Under the pieces are notes generated by a model. It was not told the origin of the DNA and did not search any database. It saw only the letters and a list, made by a program, of their open reading frames with translations. The position numbers and the translations under genes are program-made. DNA of 63,644 nucleotides, counting the filler, from Octopus bimaculoides (taxonomy: Eukaryota): NCBI RefSeq assembly GCF_001194135.2. It is 12 parts of 9 records of this genome, joined end to end, with 100 filler letters (N's around TTAATTAATTAA, not from the genome) between each part and the next. Parts side by side here need not be neighbours in the genome. Positions count along the whole stretch, not along the records: positions 1 to 12,519 come from NC_068982.1; positions 12,620 to 17,491 come from NC_068986.1; 10 more parts are not named here. One strand, written 5' to 3'. This document shows, in pieces, positions 1-14,436 of the stretch; the first letter of the stretch is position 1; every line of letters begins with the position of its first letter.

Positions 1-167
1 GCTCAACCGGTTAAGATCAAACAACCGACAAGCAAATCTGTGGTATTAAGCAGAATATTTGCTGTAGACCATCTTTTTATACCAAGACAAAACAATGTAC
101 ATGATAACACTTCCAATCAATTAAAACCAGAAGCCACGAGAGCCACTGCCTGGTACTGCATCCGGGC

Positions 168-168
168 A

Positions 169-240
<72 letters not shown>
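168..240. repeat. (ATT)n microsatellite
   Basis: Near-perfect ATT run; it produces the poly-Ile of ORF 40..450. Confidence 0.95.
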
Positions 241-242
<2 letters not shown>

Positions 243-425
243 GGAGGCAAGCTTGGCGGCATTTCGTCTGTCTTTACGTTTTGAGTTCAAATTCCGTCGA
301 GGTCGACTTTGTTTTTCAACATTTCAGGGTCAATGCATTAAGTACCAGTTGAGTGCTGGGGTCGATATGATCGACTGCCCTCTCCCCACAAAATTCAGGC
401 CTTGTGCCTTTAGTAGAGAGGATTA
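241..425 (+). mobile_element. tRNA-derived SINE, family A (Octopus-type)
   Basis: B-box-like GAGTTCAAATTCC, then GAGGTCGACTTTG...GGGGTCGAT...GGCCTTGTGCC; the same motif order recurs in at least 10 copies in the window. Confidence 0.8.
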
Positions 426-1104
426 TTACTGTTGTTGTTATCGCAAATAATACGTATGTTCTTTTATTTATTTATTTATTTTTTTAAGATATAAGTGGAT
501 TTCTTTTTTACTTCTTCGTTCTTTGAAATACAAAAATCCCTTCATTCTTACAAAAACTCGCCTCATCGCATTTGTTCTATTGAGAACACTTTCGATTCAA
601 TAAACGTTACATTTCACATTTCAATCTAGACTCATTAATGAAATTCAATTAATATTCGTTTCCTATTAAATAACAGTTTCATTAACTATTAATTTCCACT
701 CAAGTCCACATTTATTACTTCTAGTTTTCATTTGCTTACATTTTCCATTAACAATTATTTGTAATTATTGCTCACTCTTTAAAATTCTTGATAGCGAATA
801 TTTATCACAGTTTTTATGTACGAATTAAAATATTAATATAACAGCGGTGCATAGGCACATACGACTGTTTATTTTAATTAATAGCTTAGTTATTTCAGAA
901 ACACACTTACCGAAATACCAAACCACGTAAGTAAGTTCTATATTTAGTAATGTTCAAGAGCTCGATGAGATTTCGGATCTTCTACGATTCACACCTGAAT
1001 GTAAAACGTTGTTCTAAGGTAATAGTTTTATTCACATACATGCAAAGATACATACACATATATATGCATGCATGCATGCATGCATACGTACATATAGATA
1101 TATC

Positions 1105-1310
1105 GGTTTCTAATTCTGTCACAAGGCCAGCAAGTTCGACAGAGAGCGTAGGCCGACTACATCGACTCTGGTGTTCAACAGGTACTTATTTTACCGCCCC
1201 GAAAGGATGAAAGGCAAATAGGTAATTCCCCCACAAAATTTGAACCGAGGATGGAAGAACGCACAAAACGTTGCTAAGCATATTGTCCGGCGTTGCCAGC
1301 TCACCGTGTT
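1105..1310 (-). mobile_element. SINE family A
   Basis: Reverse complement of the family A body (CACAAGGCCAGCAA...CCGAAAGGATGAAAGGCAAA...TTTGAAC...GCCAGCTCACCG). Confidence 0.75.
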
Positions 1311-1386
1311 ACATATATGTACGTATGCATGTACGTAGGTACGTACGTACGTATATATGTATGTGTGTGTGTATGTATGTATGTAT

Positions 1387-1387
1387 T

Positions 1388-1444
<57 letters not shown>
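1387..1444. repeat. (GATA)n microsatellite
   Basis: Perfect tetranucleotide run. Confidence 0.95.
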
Positions 1445-1445
<1 letters not shown>

Positions 1446-1457
1446 ACTTTAATATTT

Positions 1458-1690
1458 TCTTTTAGTTGTTTCAGTCATTTGACTGAGGTCATGCTAAAAC
1501 ATAGCTTTGAGGAATTTAAGTCCAGTGAATCTCGACCCCAGAACTTGTTTTTGTTTTTTTTTGTTTAAGCATAGAAATTAATCTGTTGGTGTCTTTTGCC
1601 GAACGGCTATGTTACAGAGATGTAAACACAATAATAACAGCGGTTGTTAAGCAGTGATGAAGGACAAACACAGACACACACAAATGGATA
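1458..1690 (-). mobile_element. SINE family B, 3' part
   Basis: GTTTCAGTCATTTGACTG...CGACCCCAG...TTTTGCCGAAC...; matches the plus-strand copies at 17995-18330 and 20445-20735. Confidence 0.7.
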
Positions 1691-1720
1691 TACATATATG
1701 TGCGTTTGTGTGTTTGCGTG

Positions 1721-1754
<34 letters not shown>

Positions 1755-2106
1755 CGCGCGTGTGCGTGTGTGTGTGTGTACATAATTAGGATAAAGTCGT
1801 CATTTAATGATTTATCAGTGGCCAGCGTACTAACAAGTCCACAATGGTTAATTCATATTTAAGTATCATTAAAAAATATAATTATAATAAGGGCGTTTTT
1901 AGTATCGCAAACCATGAAATCTTGAGATATAGTGTTGTCCACAATATTTTATAGATCCTTTCTTGCCATTTTCCTCGCATACAACCTTTTGGTAATGGAG
2001 TAGTAACTTAAGTGGTTTGTAGACCATTTGAGGTTTATTCCTAATTACATGCGTTTTTCGTTTTCAGCGTCCTTATTATAATGTTTATACAATTATATTT
2101 ATGTGG

Positions 2107-2144
<38 letters not shown>

Positions 2145-3021
2145 ATGACATAGATTACGCTTTTTTACAAATTTTAGCTCGTTATTCGAAGTTTCTATAA
2201 AACATTAAAACTTTGCTTTTATGCAGTTAAATATATCCGTTCTGTTAAAGAAAGAAATAATATATATATATCGCAAAATATATTTGGCCTATAATGCAGC
2301 TAGATATATCGAAGCATTCTTTGATAATTACTTCGTGTAATTTAATCAGACATTACATAAATGCACTCTATTAAGTAACGTCAATTAGAGAATAAACGTA
2401 ATTTGTTGAAAAATATTCGTATTCCTTATCTAATATAAAATACAAAACAGTCTAAATATGAGAGAATAAAAAAGAACGGAGATTATATTTATGTTATAAT
2501 TATTATTTTTTTTATAAAGGCCATCGAAAATTGAGTGCTTTGCATTCCTTTTACGAACTATAGCAATTCATTGAATTATGGAATTGAGTGTTAATTTCCG
2601 ACCTCCATTGTCTTAATTTTGTCGCATATCCGAAAGGATTTCTATGTATACAAATATCTGTTTTGTCGTTTATTATAAATTTATATACTCTTTTGTTACA
2701 GTCCCTGCTTATTCTCCTGATAACTCGTCCTTTTTACTGTTCAGTCTTGTTTTTGTGCTTGTTTCTTTTTTTTCGTGTTTGCGTTTTTGTTCGTCTTTCA
2801 TATACGATCAGTTGTTCCCAGTGGCATATGCTATTTAAACCATCAATTGGAACAATATTATGGACAGGCGTCGAAGTCGTGATATTTGACCGATAACTGA
2901 TGACTGTTTCACGTCCATTGTGTTTTCCCCCGCTTTGCGTACGTTCTTTTGCAGTGTCATATTTTATGAGTGTATGTATGTGCGTGCGTATGTATGCATA
3001 TATATACATATATATATAATC

Positions 3022-3052
<31 letters not shown>

Positions 3053-4544
3053 ACACACATACATCTGTATATACTTGTACACACATGTATGTATAAATAT
3101 ATGTGTGTGTGTGTGTGTGTGTATGTGTGTGTGTGTGTGTGCGTGTGCGTGTGTGCATGTGCGTGTGTGTGTAAATAACGTGTGATCTGGGAAGTAGTAG
3201 TTCCAGTTCTCTGAAGCTGCTAAATTTCTTGTGTATATAAACATATTGGCTACTTGTTTCTCTGGGATTAATCAACCTAAGGGTTGAAACTCTCCGGAGA
3301 AATGACTAAATTTTGCCCCGTTGATCGAAGGAATAGCTCACTTCTCCTCAAAATAAAAACAGCGTACTATATAGTTCCAGTCTCTATTCAACTCACCGCT
3401 GGGACACATGAAAATGAATAAGCCAGATGATTTCTTCGATAACATGATTGATGAAATGAGTTTAAACTCTGCAAGACGCCCTGGTGTTTTTATTTCTAGT
3501 GATTCTCGTAAAGATATGCCTGAAGACTGAAGAAAAATCATAACAAATACTTTTTGCTTGAGCTACCTTACATCTGATAAACTTCCCAGAAATTTAGAAG
3601 TTGGCATGAAATTTTCAATTCATGAAGGAAAAAAAGACTGCAAGTTAAAAGCTACAAGTCTGTGTCTCTGATTTTATACATCAACAAATTTATGTAATAA
3701 ATTGTCAGCGGGAAACATTACTTTATGAATGGAATATTATTCGCATACTGAAACGCAGCACAGCTTTCAAGAAGGAACAGCTTCACATACCTGCTATCAC
3801 ATTATGACGTGGTTTTCAAATAGAAGGTCAGCCATTCAAGCATGGTTGTGCCATACATCATCTTTTTTTCCATAAAGTTGTTAATGCTTTGATAAATTAC
3901 GGATTCGTAAACTCGACATTATTGTGTAAATCGGTGAGTAGCTGAATTTCGTTAGAAGATAGCAATCATGTATCTTGAGCAAACGGTGTTTTCTCGTTGA
4001 GAGAGGCGACAATAGCCTTGAGTAGAGTCTCGAAAGAAATTAAAATAGGAACATTATTGGTATAATGACTCTCCCTGGACGCAACAGAATTTCTTTTTTT
4101 TCATTGGCTCTCTTGAACAAACGATCCGTCATACAAAATGGCAATCTCACTAGATATGAGGTGAAAGAAAAGTATCATAAGCATTCAGGTAACCTGATGA
4201 TGCCACAATCTACAGTAACACCTAAACGCAAGATACACCGCATTCAGATCACATAGGCACAAAACTACACTAGTATAGTCACAATCACTGCGGGACTTAG
4301 AAATCAGTTCGAATAATGATGATTCATTCCATGTACATATCATAATAATAGCAACAATATACAGTCAATACGCTAGCTGGTTTCATAGGTATTCGTATCA
4401 AGGGAACAGAAAACTGTTCATTTTGTGGAAGATATATGTTCCTAGACGTCCGATGTATTACCTCCAATTATGATTGCTTTATGTAATTGTCGACGCTTGG
4501 GTCTGGGAAAGAGGGTTCTGCAATCGCTTGCTCAGTAACCTGCA

Positions 4545-4752
4545 CAGATGACTTGTTTATAGTGGCCACATGTTCGTACTCACTCCCTCCCTGAAATCGA
4601 CAGGTGCATGGTGTGTCACATGTCAGGTGCCGAAGTGATCAAGCAACGTGAGATAAACTGTTGTGCTCAAGAACACAAAGTACCACACGGTCTAGGATTT
4701 GAACCCACGAACTGGCGATTGTGAGTGCAACACCCAAACCACTGAACCATGC
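4545..4752 (-). mobile_element. tRNA-derived SINE (different family)
   Basis: Reverse tRNA-like head (GGATTTGAACCCACG...AACCACTGAACCATGC) plus a TGCTCAAGAACACA core; a related copy is at 57225-57455. Confidence 0.55.
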
Positions 4753-4918
4753 ATCGTTACTATGATCGCTATATAGGTTTAAATTAATGACAGAACTTCA
4801 GACTATCCAATGCTGTTATACAAACAGGTTTCCTTTGAAGCACAAACAAATTTCGGTGGAGGTTGAACAACCTGAAGCTCTACTTCCCAGAAAAATACAT
4901 GGAAATTTTGCAATATGT

Positions 4919-5001
<83 letters not shown>

Positions 5002-7297
5002 ACGCATGTTTACACACATACAAATGTGTATGTGTGTGTGTGTGTGTGTGTGTAAAGCAGGATCAACCAGGTATCATCGGTGCGAAACTTCGGGATTGAG
5101 AGGTATACCAATCCATAATAAATCAACATCACTGCATAGTCCCAAAACTAGTAACACCTGGCGTATCTAGTGTTAGGACCCAATACCATAACATTTTAAA
5201 TTTCAAACGTCCAGATCTTTAATACCTGAGTCTAAAATGTTTGCAAGTTCTGGATGTAGGTGTTTTCAAAACCACTTGATCATATTGATAATCTAAAATC
5301 AATTGCGAACCTACGTGACAGCGAGAAACGCAATTCAGGACCGCTATACCATTCACCACAAGTAACTTCTGAGACAGTGGTGTGGAAATGAATTGAAATC
5401 AACATTACTGGTTTTATTTGTGCATATTCAGATCTCAAAAACTGGAGGAAGTAAAACGTATGTTCATACACACTCATATCACCTATCTCTCTAAATTCGA
5501 GATTGTCTTGCTCAATGCGATAACAAAGCGGTATAGGTATTTTTATTCGTGTGTTGTTTACTTTAAAAAAAAGCACGTGCTTTAAATCGCTCTGGGACAA
5601 TGGTTTATTACAGTGTTCTATTGCATGAAAAATGTTCTTATTGAATTATTTGCAAACAGGCAACTTTCGGAACTTGTGACGCTAGTGCTATACATATGTG
5701 GTGGAAAAAGGTCTGCTTTTAGACATGTTTTTATAATTTTGTTCTTACGTTAATGCCATTATACTTTCAAGTTCTAGAGCAATAGCAGCCAGCCTCAAGA
5801 AAATTATCATTGAAGATAATAACGAAGATTGCAAATATAAAATAGAAAGAAAAACTCAATTAAACCAACAGAAAGTGACATTATGCCAAATGGAAAAATA
5901 ACGCAATTTTAACGAATAAAAGCATGAATTTACATGACCCAAACAAATATATTTGCAACAACAATATTTTCATCGCGTTGCCGGCCAAATGGAATTATTA
6001 GAAATTACTGAATTGCCAGAGGATATGATAATTTCTGCGCGGCGTGTATCTAAATTGCCTTCTTGTCTGATGATTTATTTAAGAATGGATAAAGAGAATA
6101 ATGAACTTTCATTCAAGAATGACAAACAAGGTTTCAAATTCTCTAAGAAAATGCAGCTGATAAAAAATTTCAGTAATTACACAACTTTGTTTCCTTTAAT
6201 ATTTTGGATATGGCTTATGGGAACGTGTTTGTGGAACTCAAAATTAAATATGTGGCGGAAAAAAAGAGACCCGAATCACCACACATCTGCGTATAAGCTG
6301 ATACAGAAACGTACAGAACAACGCAATGAAGCTAAGTGCATTAGTGGCAATGTTGATCATTATTTCCTTGTCATTATTGCACCGCGCAAGATGCCTAAAA
6401 TATGGCTGTTGACGTATTGGCTAAGTATCGACATACAAATCCAGATAATCCATGAACGAGCTTCCCTTGAATTGTAACACAGAAATGTGATGTCACTGAT
6501 GGCTGAGAATGCAAAGACGAATTGATACACGCATGATCAGTTGTAAAAGACAACTGAGTTTTTTGCTAAAAGATCTTGAAGTGCGTAAAAGAAAAGAGAG
6601 TGAACGATAGTACAGAAAATGAATAAGGCAATTGCAAGTCACAGAAACCACCACTTTCAAATAGAAACTGTTGTGGGCAATTTTAAAACGTTGGATTTGC
6701 CTTTCCAGTGTCTCTGGTACATTCTCACCGACTTTTCTGTGTAATTTTGCCTTCTGCCACCGCTTTATAGTAAATTATTGTAGTACTGATCGATTCGATA
6801 TGCCTTGTGTCCGATAGAAGCCAATTAATTTGACTGCTGAGCACATGTCACTGTAGACAGCAGCAACATCAACACATCCGTTAAAGATAGCAGCCAACTA
6901 TTTACAGTCAGTCTTCTCAAAGATTTTCGATTAATCTAAGTTTATGAAGGGTTTACTCATGCCATGTTCCTTAACTACCCTTCTGGCGTACTTCGAATTA
7001 TATGAACATTCTAGTGGGAGGATATATTTGGGATGGCGTATGTTTGTGAATCACCAATCAGACAACAGAAACATGTGCCAAAATATTCTGATAACACTTT
7101 GAGCCTAGCGGATATATAAACCTAAATGTATGTATGTTGTGCCCCACGTTCGCATTTTTTACCAGCAACGCATCTGATTACAACGATCTCAATGCGTAAC
7201 TGGTACTAATTTCATCGACGTCTAAAGCATGAAAAGCAAAGCTGCGCTCGGTAGAATTTGAACTCAGAAGGGGAAAAAAATCGTAATAATAATAATA

Positions 7298-7336
<39 letters not shown>

Positions 7337-7703
7337 ATAATAGTAATAATAATAATGAAAGTGGTAAGAAATTGCATTATTGTTGTTGAAATTAATATTA
7401 ATCAAATGCAGTAACCGATTCGATGGACTATAGTATGTAGCAAGATATACAGACTTGCGCTAGGGCAAGCATTCTATGTTTTTATTAGGTTCAAGTGAAT
7501 TCTCATTCTGGCTGTACAATATATATATTTTTTATTTCGTTCGATGTAAATAAAAGTATAGCAGCAATAACCGACTACCCTGTTACTAACAAATATCATC
7601 ACTGAAACAATGCGAACTCAGAACGTGAACAATAGTAAATGTTACATGAAGTTATATCTACTGCGTATGTTTTGATTTTCCCCACTGATTTGGCAGTCTA
7701 ACA

Positions 7704-7737
<34 letters not shown>

Positions 7738-7744
7738 CTCTCTA

Positions 7745-7777
<33 letters not shown>

Positions 7778-10700
7778 ATTTCTCTCTCTCTCTCTCTCTC
7801 CCTCTCTCTCTCTCTCCCTCGGCTCCCCCTCTCTCTCTTCCAAGCTCTATCTTTTTTCCCTCGTTATAGATGTTTGGGTACGTCTGATTCACACACTCAC
7901 AAACACACAAACATACACACCCACTATACCTACACACTGACACACGGACCACTCGCATATGTACACATATATATATGTACATATATATATATATATGTAT
8001 ATATATAATACAAAAAATATATATGCATGTATACACACATATATGTATATACTTTCATCTACATGTGTATATAGATGCACATCAGGGTACAGAACGTTAG
8101 AACAATGAACTACAGACAACGGAACGAACACATAGGAAAACAGAAAGCCACTTGGAATTATTCATCAGCTGCCTCTATTCTAACTCGACGTTTCGAATAT
8201 AAGGCAGGACGTACTCTAGAATAGTCACTTCCTGAGTAGTAGATCAACCAACTAAACAGAGGATTCCAAGGTGGCAAACGTAAACCAAGACAGGAAAAAT
8301 TGGACAGTGAAAACAACATAAAAAAGCCGTACGGCCAAACGCGAATCTGATGTAGAACGCTAGTAGTTCGTCTTGCCTTCACAGCAGCTGGAGTGAAAAG
8401 TAAGTTGACCACAGGTCACACGAGAGCAGAGAGGATAGTGGAGGGAGGAAGTGGAACAAGGAGGAAGAAACAGGAGTGTATAGCAGTGAAGTAGAAGTTA
8501 GAATAACAGAAAGAAGCAGAGCGAGACGGGGAGATGGGTAAGAAGAAAGATAGATGGTAGATAGAGGGATAGATAGAAAGATAGAGGAAGACAGATAGAT
8601 AGATANNNNNNNNNNNNNNNNNNNNNNNNNNNNNNNNNNNNNNNNNNNNNNNNNNNNNNNNNNNNNNNNNNNNNNNNNNNNNNNNNNNNNNNNNNNNNNN
8701 NNNNNNNNNNNNNNNNNNNNNNNNNNNNNNNNNNNNNNNNNNNNNNNNNNNNNNNNNNNNNNNNNNNNNNNNNNNNNNNNNNNNNNNNNNNNNNNNNNNN
8801 NNNNNNNNNNNNNNNNNNNNNNNNNNNNNNNNNNNNNNNNNNNNNNNNNNNNNNNNNNNNNNNNNNNNNNNNNNNNNNNNNNNNNNNNNNNNNNNNNNNN
8901 NNNNNNNNNNNNNNNNNNNNNNNNNNNNNNNNNNNNNNNNNNNNNNNNNNNNNNNNNNNNNNNNNNNNNNNNNNNNNNNNNNNNNNNNNNNNNNNNNNNN
9001 NNNNNNNNNNNNNNNNNNNNNNNNNNNNNNNNNNNNNNNNNNNNNNNNNNNNNNNNNNNNNNNNNNNNNNNNNNNNNNNNNNNNNNNNNNNNNNNNNNNN
9101 NNNNNNNNNNNNNNNNNNNNNNNNNNNNNNTATATATATATATATATAAATATGCATACATACTTGTCATATATATATATATATACACACACACACATAC
9201 ATATCATATCATATATGTAAATATCTCATTATATGTAAATCTACGTTTTTATGTATGTATGTATGTATGTATGCATGTATGTATGTATGTGTGTGTACGT
9301 GCGTACGTACTATGTATGCATGCATGTATGTATGTATGTGCGTACGTACGTATGTATGTATGTGTGATTCAGAAACACACACAATATTCTTGTGTATGCG
9401 TTTGTGTGTGCTGTTTATAGTTGTTTGCATATATATTTCTCTGTGCGCACGCGTATACACGTTTTCAGAGTTTTTCACTCAATACTAAATGAAAAGCAAA
9501 AGTTACACAGACATAAATATTACTTATGCATGAGATTTCTACTTTGTGAGCTAGGATCAGTAATTTGGAAGGTTTGGATCCCTACGGGTCGTACATGAAA
9601 CATCGAAGTCGCAATTGCGTGTCGCATCTCCATCACAATCTATCCACTGAGAAACAGAACAATAATAACATTTCTCATCATTAAGGTAAGATCAGTCCCA
9701 ATGCCGTAGTTTTCATCCACATTATTATCACGACATCCATATGAATATATTTATGATGTCAATTGTTTATTTATTTTATTTTTTTTATTTCTGTTCCCTT
9801 TGCTATTGTTGTTTTGTGTTTCGTTATTGAGTTTGTGTGCGCATGCGCTTTTCAGGTGTCTTTTTTCCCTTTGTGAGTGTGTGTTATTCATTTTCTTTTG
9901 TTTCAGAAATTGTTTGTTGTTGTTTTCATTTATGATTTTTGCTTGATCGCATTATCACTATCACTACTACCATAAATATATTAATAATGAGGACTGGAAG
10001 GCCGATGAAAATGATGATAACATTTCTTTTTAATTTTATCACAACGCTTAGTAATTTGGGAAGCAAGGAGTATTCAATTACATAGACCCCAGTGCTTTAC
10101 TATTTATTTGATCGACTTCAAACGGTTGAAATGCAAAATTTACTTTGGCGAGATTTGAACTCAAACTAAAATATGTCGGAAAAAATTTTATTGACAATTT
10201 TATTGAGTCACTAACCATTTGGCCAGTTCACTGATTAAGTCATAGGGGCTTCAAATGTTGAAACAAGGCCAATTACATTGACTCCAGTGTCCAACTGGTA
10301 CTTATATTCATTGAATATAAAAGGATGAAAGTTAAAATCAGCCTCTGCATTGTAGAAAAGTTCTGACGGTACTCTGGTTACCTGGCGCCTTACTTCAATT
10401 TACACTACATCCAGGACAGCTGTCCTGTCAAAGAGACGAAAGGGAGAGAGAATCTTACAAACAGCGGCTACACTTGCTCTTAGTCAATGAAACACTGGAG
10501 ATGTCTCGGTCTTATCGCATGTTTGCGCATGATTAGCCTCAGCATGTCCAGTTATCTACTCAGCGGGTGTTGATAACTAACAGGGTGCCTAAACATTGAA
10601 ACTCGTCCCTTCCATAGAAAGCGAAAGAACAGACGCTCCACTCCAATCGGACCTGAAATGAGGTAAAGACGACAGACAGATGTTTATAAATGAAGACAGC

Positions 10701-12563
10701 AATGTACGCATTCGATAAATCTTCCAACGTTTCAAGCATAGTCTTCTCTCAGTCCATTTCTAAGTGACATTAGTCACTTGACTCGCTTCCTCTCCCCACT
10801 TCTCTGCAGTTTTAGTCAAAACTAGACCTCGAACAATTTAACCAAGCTGTACATCTAGCGGTCTATAAATTGTTAGACGGCATGGACTTACCTTTCCAAG
10901 TGCTGAGCTGCTGGTCCACGGACTTTTCCTCGTTCATTGTTGCTCCTCTCATCAGTTCATATTTTCTTAGGGAAGTCTAATTCGTGCAGCATTACCGGTC
11001 TCTAGTTTCTGCAGTGGTTGCTGAAAACTCGGTAGATAAAGAACACTACGACGGACAAACTTTCGACCCCCTTTCAACACATTCTGCGTTTCTTGATGAG
11101 TGAATTTTATCAAACATGTTCTTTACAAATTTTTTTCAACTACAATTAGCCATTGAGTTCTTACTTGAAGTTTTATGTATCAGCTCAAAGCATCATTTTT
11201 TACTTCAACATCCCGAGTGCCTTGCGTGAATTAACCATGTATATAACTTCCCTGCTTCTTAGTTTCAGATTTCAAACACTCTTTGAAGAAAGTTTTGGTT
11301 TCTAATTGCAAGGTTATTTCCATATTGCGGAGAATTTAACACACAGTATATAACATTGTCGTAGCTCAATTGCAATATTAGCTAGCTTTGAGAAGGCTCG
11401 ATTTAGGTGGGGGGGTTTCAGCCATAATAACATAAAAAACAACCAGTACTCAAGAATATTGCCATTAGGATGTGTTAGAAATCGTTATTTTTCTAATTGT
11501 TTTAATTTAGAAGAACAATCGAATAAAGAGATTAACCATGTACTGGGCTAAGTTATACTTGTTTACATTCACATATATCCACTCTTAGAACAAGGGTCAC
11601 ATCAAGCCAATAAAAGTATCAACATTACTAGCGTCAAATTTTAGAGATATTAAAAGTATCTTTCTCAAATGACAACAAAATTTATATTACATTCATTTTA
11701 ACTAAAGCTTTAGTTTTCTTTACCCACCTTGCTCTAATCGAATATACCAATCTTCAAAACATTCCCAGCCGTGAACATGTCGGAAACTTTCGTTAATATT
11801 CCCATCTGAACAAATGATGAAATATGTTTGCGCTCCTGTTATTAGTTTTTCTATGTTGGGAAAAGAGAACTGAAATTGATAAAAACCACCTGCTTATTCA
11901 TATTAGCAAATTTGCTTTGAAATATCATAATTTACTTCTTGATAATTGCCAGCTACATCCCCTAAGTTCGAAGCGATTATTATTCCCAGCATGTAAAAGT
12001 ATTTTTTGTACAGCAAGGACAAACTGCTGGCAAATTAGAAACAAGACATAACTTCCACACTCCAGATGAAGCCATGTCGATTAACTTACGCTGTATGATC
12101 TTAAATCAGTTTTGTACGTATCAGGTAATGCCTAGTAAGAAAATTTACATTTATTTCTTGTCTCTGAGAGATATGCGAAACTTTATTTTATTGTTTCATG
12201 TAGACAATAAGACCATATGTTCAATGTCGACTTCTACACATACTTCGAATTGATTCACTAACTTCAAATACAGTGCACTGAAATCTCTCTCAATATTAAC
12301 AGATAGGTTATTACACAATAGATTCTTTTCTCTTTTTTTTCTTTCACACTTACAGGCATATATACATGCACAAAATACGCACACACATACACAATCACAC
12401 ATACTTATAAAGATCAAGTAGAATAGAGAGAAATGGTTGAATAGATTGATATATACAAAGCATATATGTATATAAATATATACACACATACATGTTTATA
12501 TATATATATATATATATATNNNNNNNNNNNNNNNNNNNNNNNNNNNNNNNNNNNNNNNNNNNN

Positions 12564-12575
12564 TTAATTAATTAA
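12564..12575. other. TTAATTAATTAA assembly spacer inside an N gap (one of about 11)
   Basis: The identical 12-mer, flanked by Ns on both sides, also occurs near 17536, 28927, 32522, 34895, 36748, 40567, 44100, 46841, 48397 and 53721. It has stops in all six frames. Confidence 0.9.
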
Positions 12576-12627
12576 NNNNNNNNNNNNNNNNNNNNNNNNN
12601 NNNNNNNNNNNNNNNNNNNAACTACAT

Positions 12628-13013
12628 GTTGTTGGCACTCCATCGCTTACGACGTCGAGGGTTCCAGTTGATCCCATCAACGGAACAGCCTCCTCGTGAA
12701 ATTAACGTGCAAGTGGCTGAGCACTCCACAGACAGGTGTACCCTTAACGTAGTTCTCGGGGACATTCAGCGTGACGCAGAGTGTGACAAGGCTGACACTT
12801 TGAATTACAGGCACAACAGAAACAGGAAGTAAAAGTGAGAGAAAGTTATGGTGAAAGAGTACAACAGGGTTCGCCACCATCCCCTGCCAGAGCCTCGTGG
12901 AGCTTTAGGTGTTTTCGCTCAATAAACACTCACAACGACCGGTCTGGGAATCGAAACCGTGATCCTATGACCGCGAGTCCGCTGCCCTAACCACTGGACC
13001 ATTTCGCCTCCAC
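12628..13013 (-). mobile_element. SINE family C, near full length
   Basis: tRNA-like head GTGGAGGCGAAATGG...TTTCGATTCCCAGACCGG on the minus strand; long high-identity match to 18579-18920 and 46434-46796. Confidence 0.85.
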
Positions 13014-13734
13014 AGTAGCTACATAAGGAAAATGAAATTGCTTTATTGGAAAATAGGGCGTTCTTTGTGATTAGAACTTACCAGAACGTCTCTATAACGT
13101 TCGGCATTAATACACATAAAATATTTTCACACACAAAAATGAATATTAAACTTAGAATACATAAACAACAGATGAATATAAAAAAAGAAGAAAAAGAAAA
13201 AAAGAAGAAGAAGAAAGAACCCTGAGAGACAACTAGACAATGAAAGAGAAGCTAGAAAGATAAACCCTCTGAATAATTGTGAAGTTATGTTAGAAAACAA
13301 GATACTTTCTTCGAAGGTAAATATACAAGATGGCTGCTGATAATAAATTCCACTTAAACGGAGATAATGGCCGTTATGTAAGTGTTACAACAGCTGTTGT
13401 AATGACAAATTATTGTTTCACAGTTTCATCAACTTCTTAAGCGACGTTTTTCAATGTGGGACCGATAATCATCTGCCTTTGTCAATCTCAATTCTCTCGC
13501 ATTCTATTATTCTCTCTTCCTCCTCCTCTCTCTCTCTCTCTCTCTCTCAGTGTCTCATTTTCTCTCTACACCTCCTTTCCCCACTCTTTCTTTATATATA
13601 TATATGTATAAGCATATGCATAGATATACACGCATATGTGTATGTATAAATATCTTTAACTTTATGTTTTTCTGTGTATATGTCCGTATGTATAGCTGCG
13701 CATATATGAAGGCATCTATGTATCTGTCTGCTGT

Positions 13735-13804
<70 letters not shown>

Positions 13805-13821
13805 GTCTGTCTGTCTGTCTG

Positions 13822-13864
<43 letters not shown>

Positions 13865-14436
13865 ATATATATNNNNNNNNNNNNATATATGTCTCACGGT
13901 GGTGCACCAGCATGACCGCAGCCACCAGGCTGAAACCCATAAATAAATAAATAAATATGTGCATATACTCATTTATTATTTGTATTATATATATATATTT
14001 ATATATATCTACACGCACACATTCACACAGTCACACACACACACAACACGTATATACATATGTATGCCTTTATAAGTATGTGTGTGTGTGCGCGTGGAAG
14101 GGGAAGAGAAGAAAGAAAGAGAGGAAGAAAAGAAGAAAGAGCTAAGAAGATATAAAGACTACAAACTCCAGTTTGGTTGGAATCAACCAGCTACACTAGA
14201 CAGACAGCTATTACTACAGTATATGATTAATTCAATTTACGATTCCAACACTTACTCTGAACACTAATCGATTATGACCTTGGTTCATCCCATAGAACGC
14301 AACAAAGGTTTCTCTGGTTGGCTACTTTCAGTTAAATATCTATAAAGCCGACTTAGATGAGACGCGTTATCTTAACACGACTTATTAAAACCAGGCCTAG
14401 GAAATTAGAAAATATGTATACAGTGGGTGAAAGGAA

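Noticed and set aside
3300-4250. L1/Tx1-like LINE remnant
   Set aside because: Coding-like complexity on the minus strand, but I could not identify a diagnostic RT or endonuclease motif, so it is left uncalled.
8155-8250. Hammerhead ribozyme (minus strand has GAAAC...GTT and CTGATGA)
   Set aside because: Stems I and II cannot be formed around the core boxes; at most a decayed Penelope-type terminal repeat.
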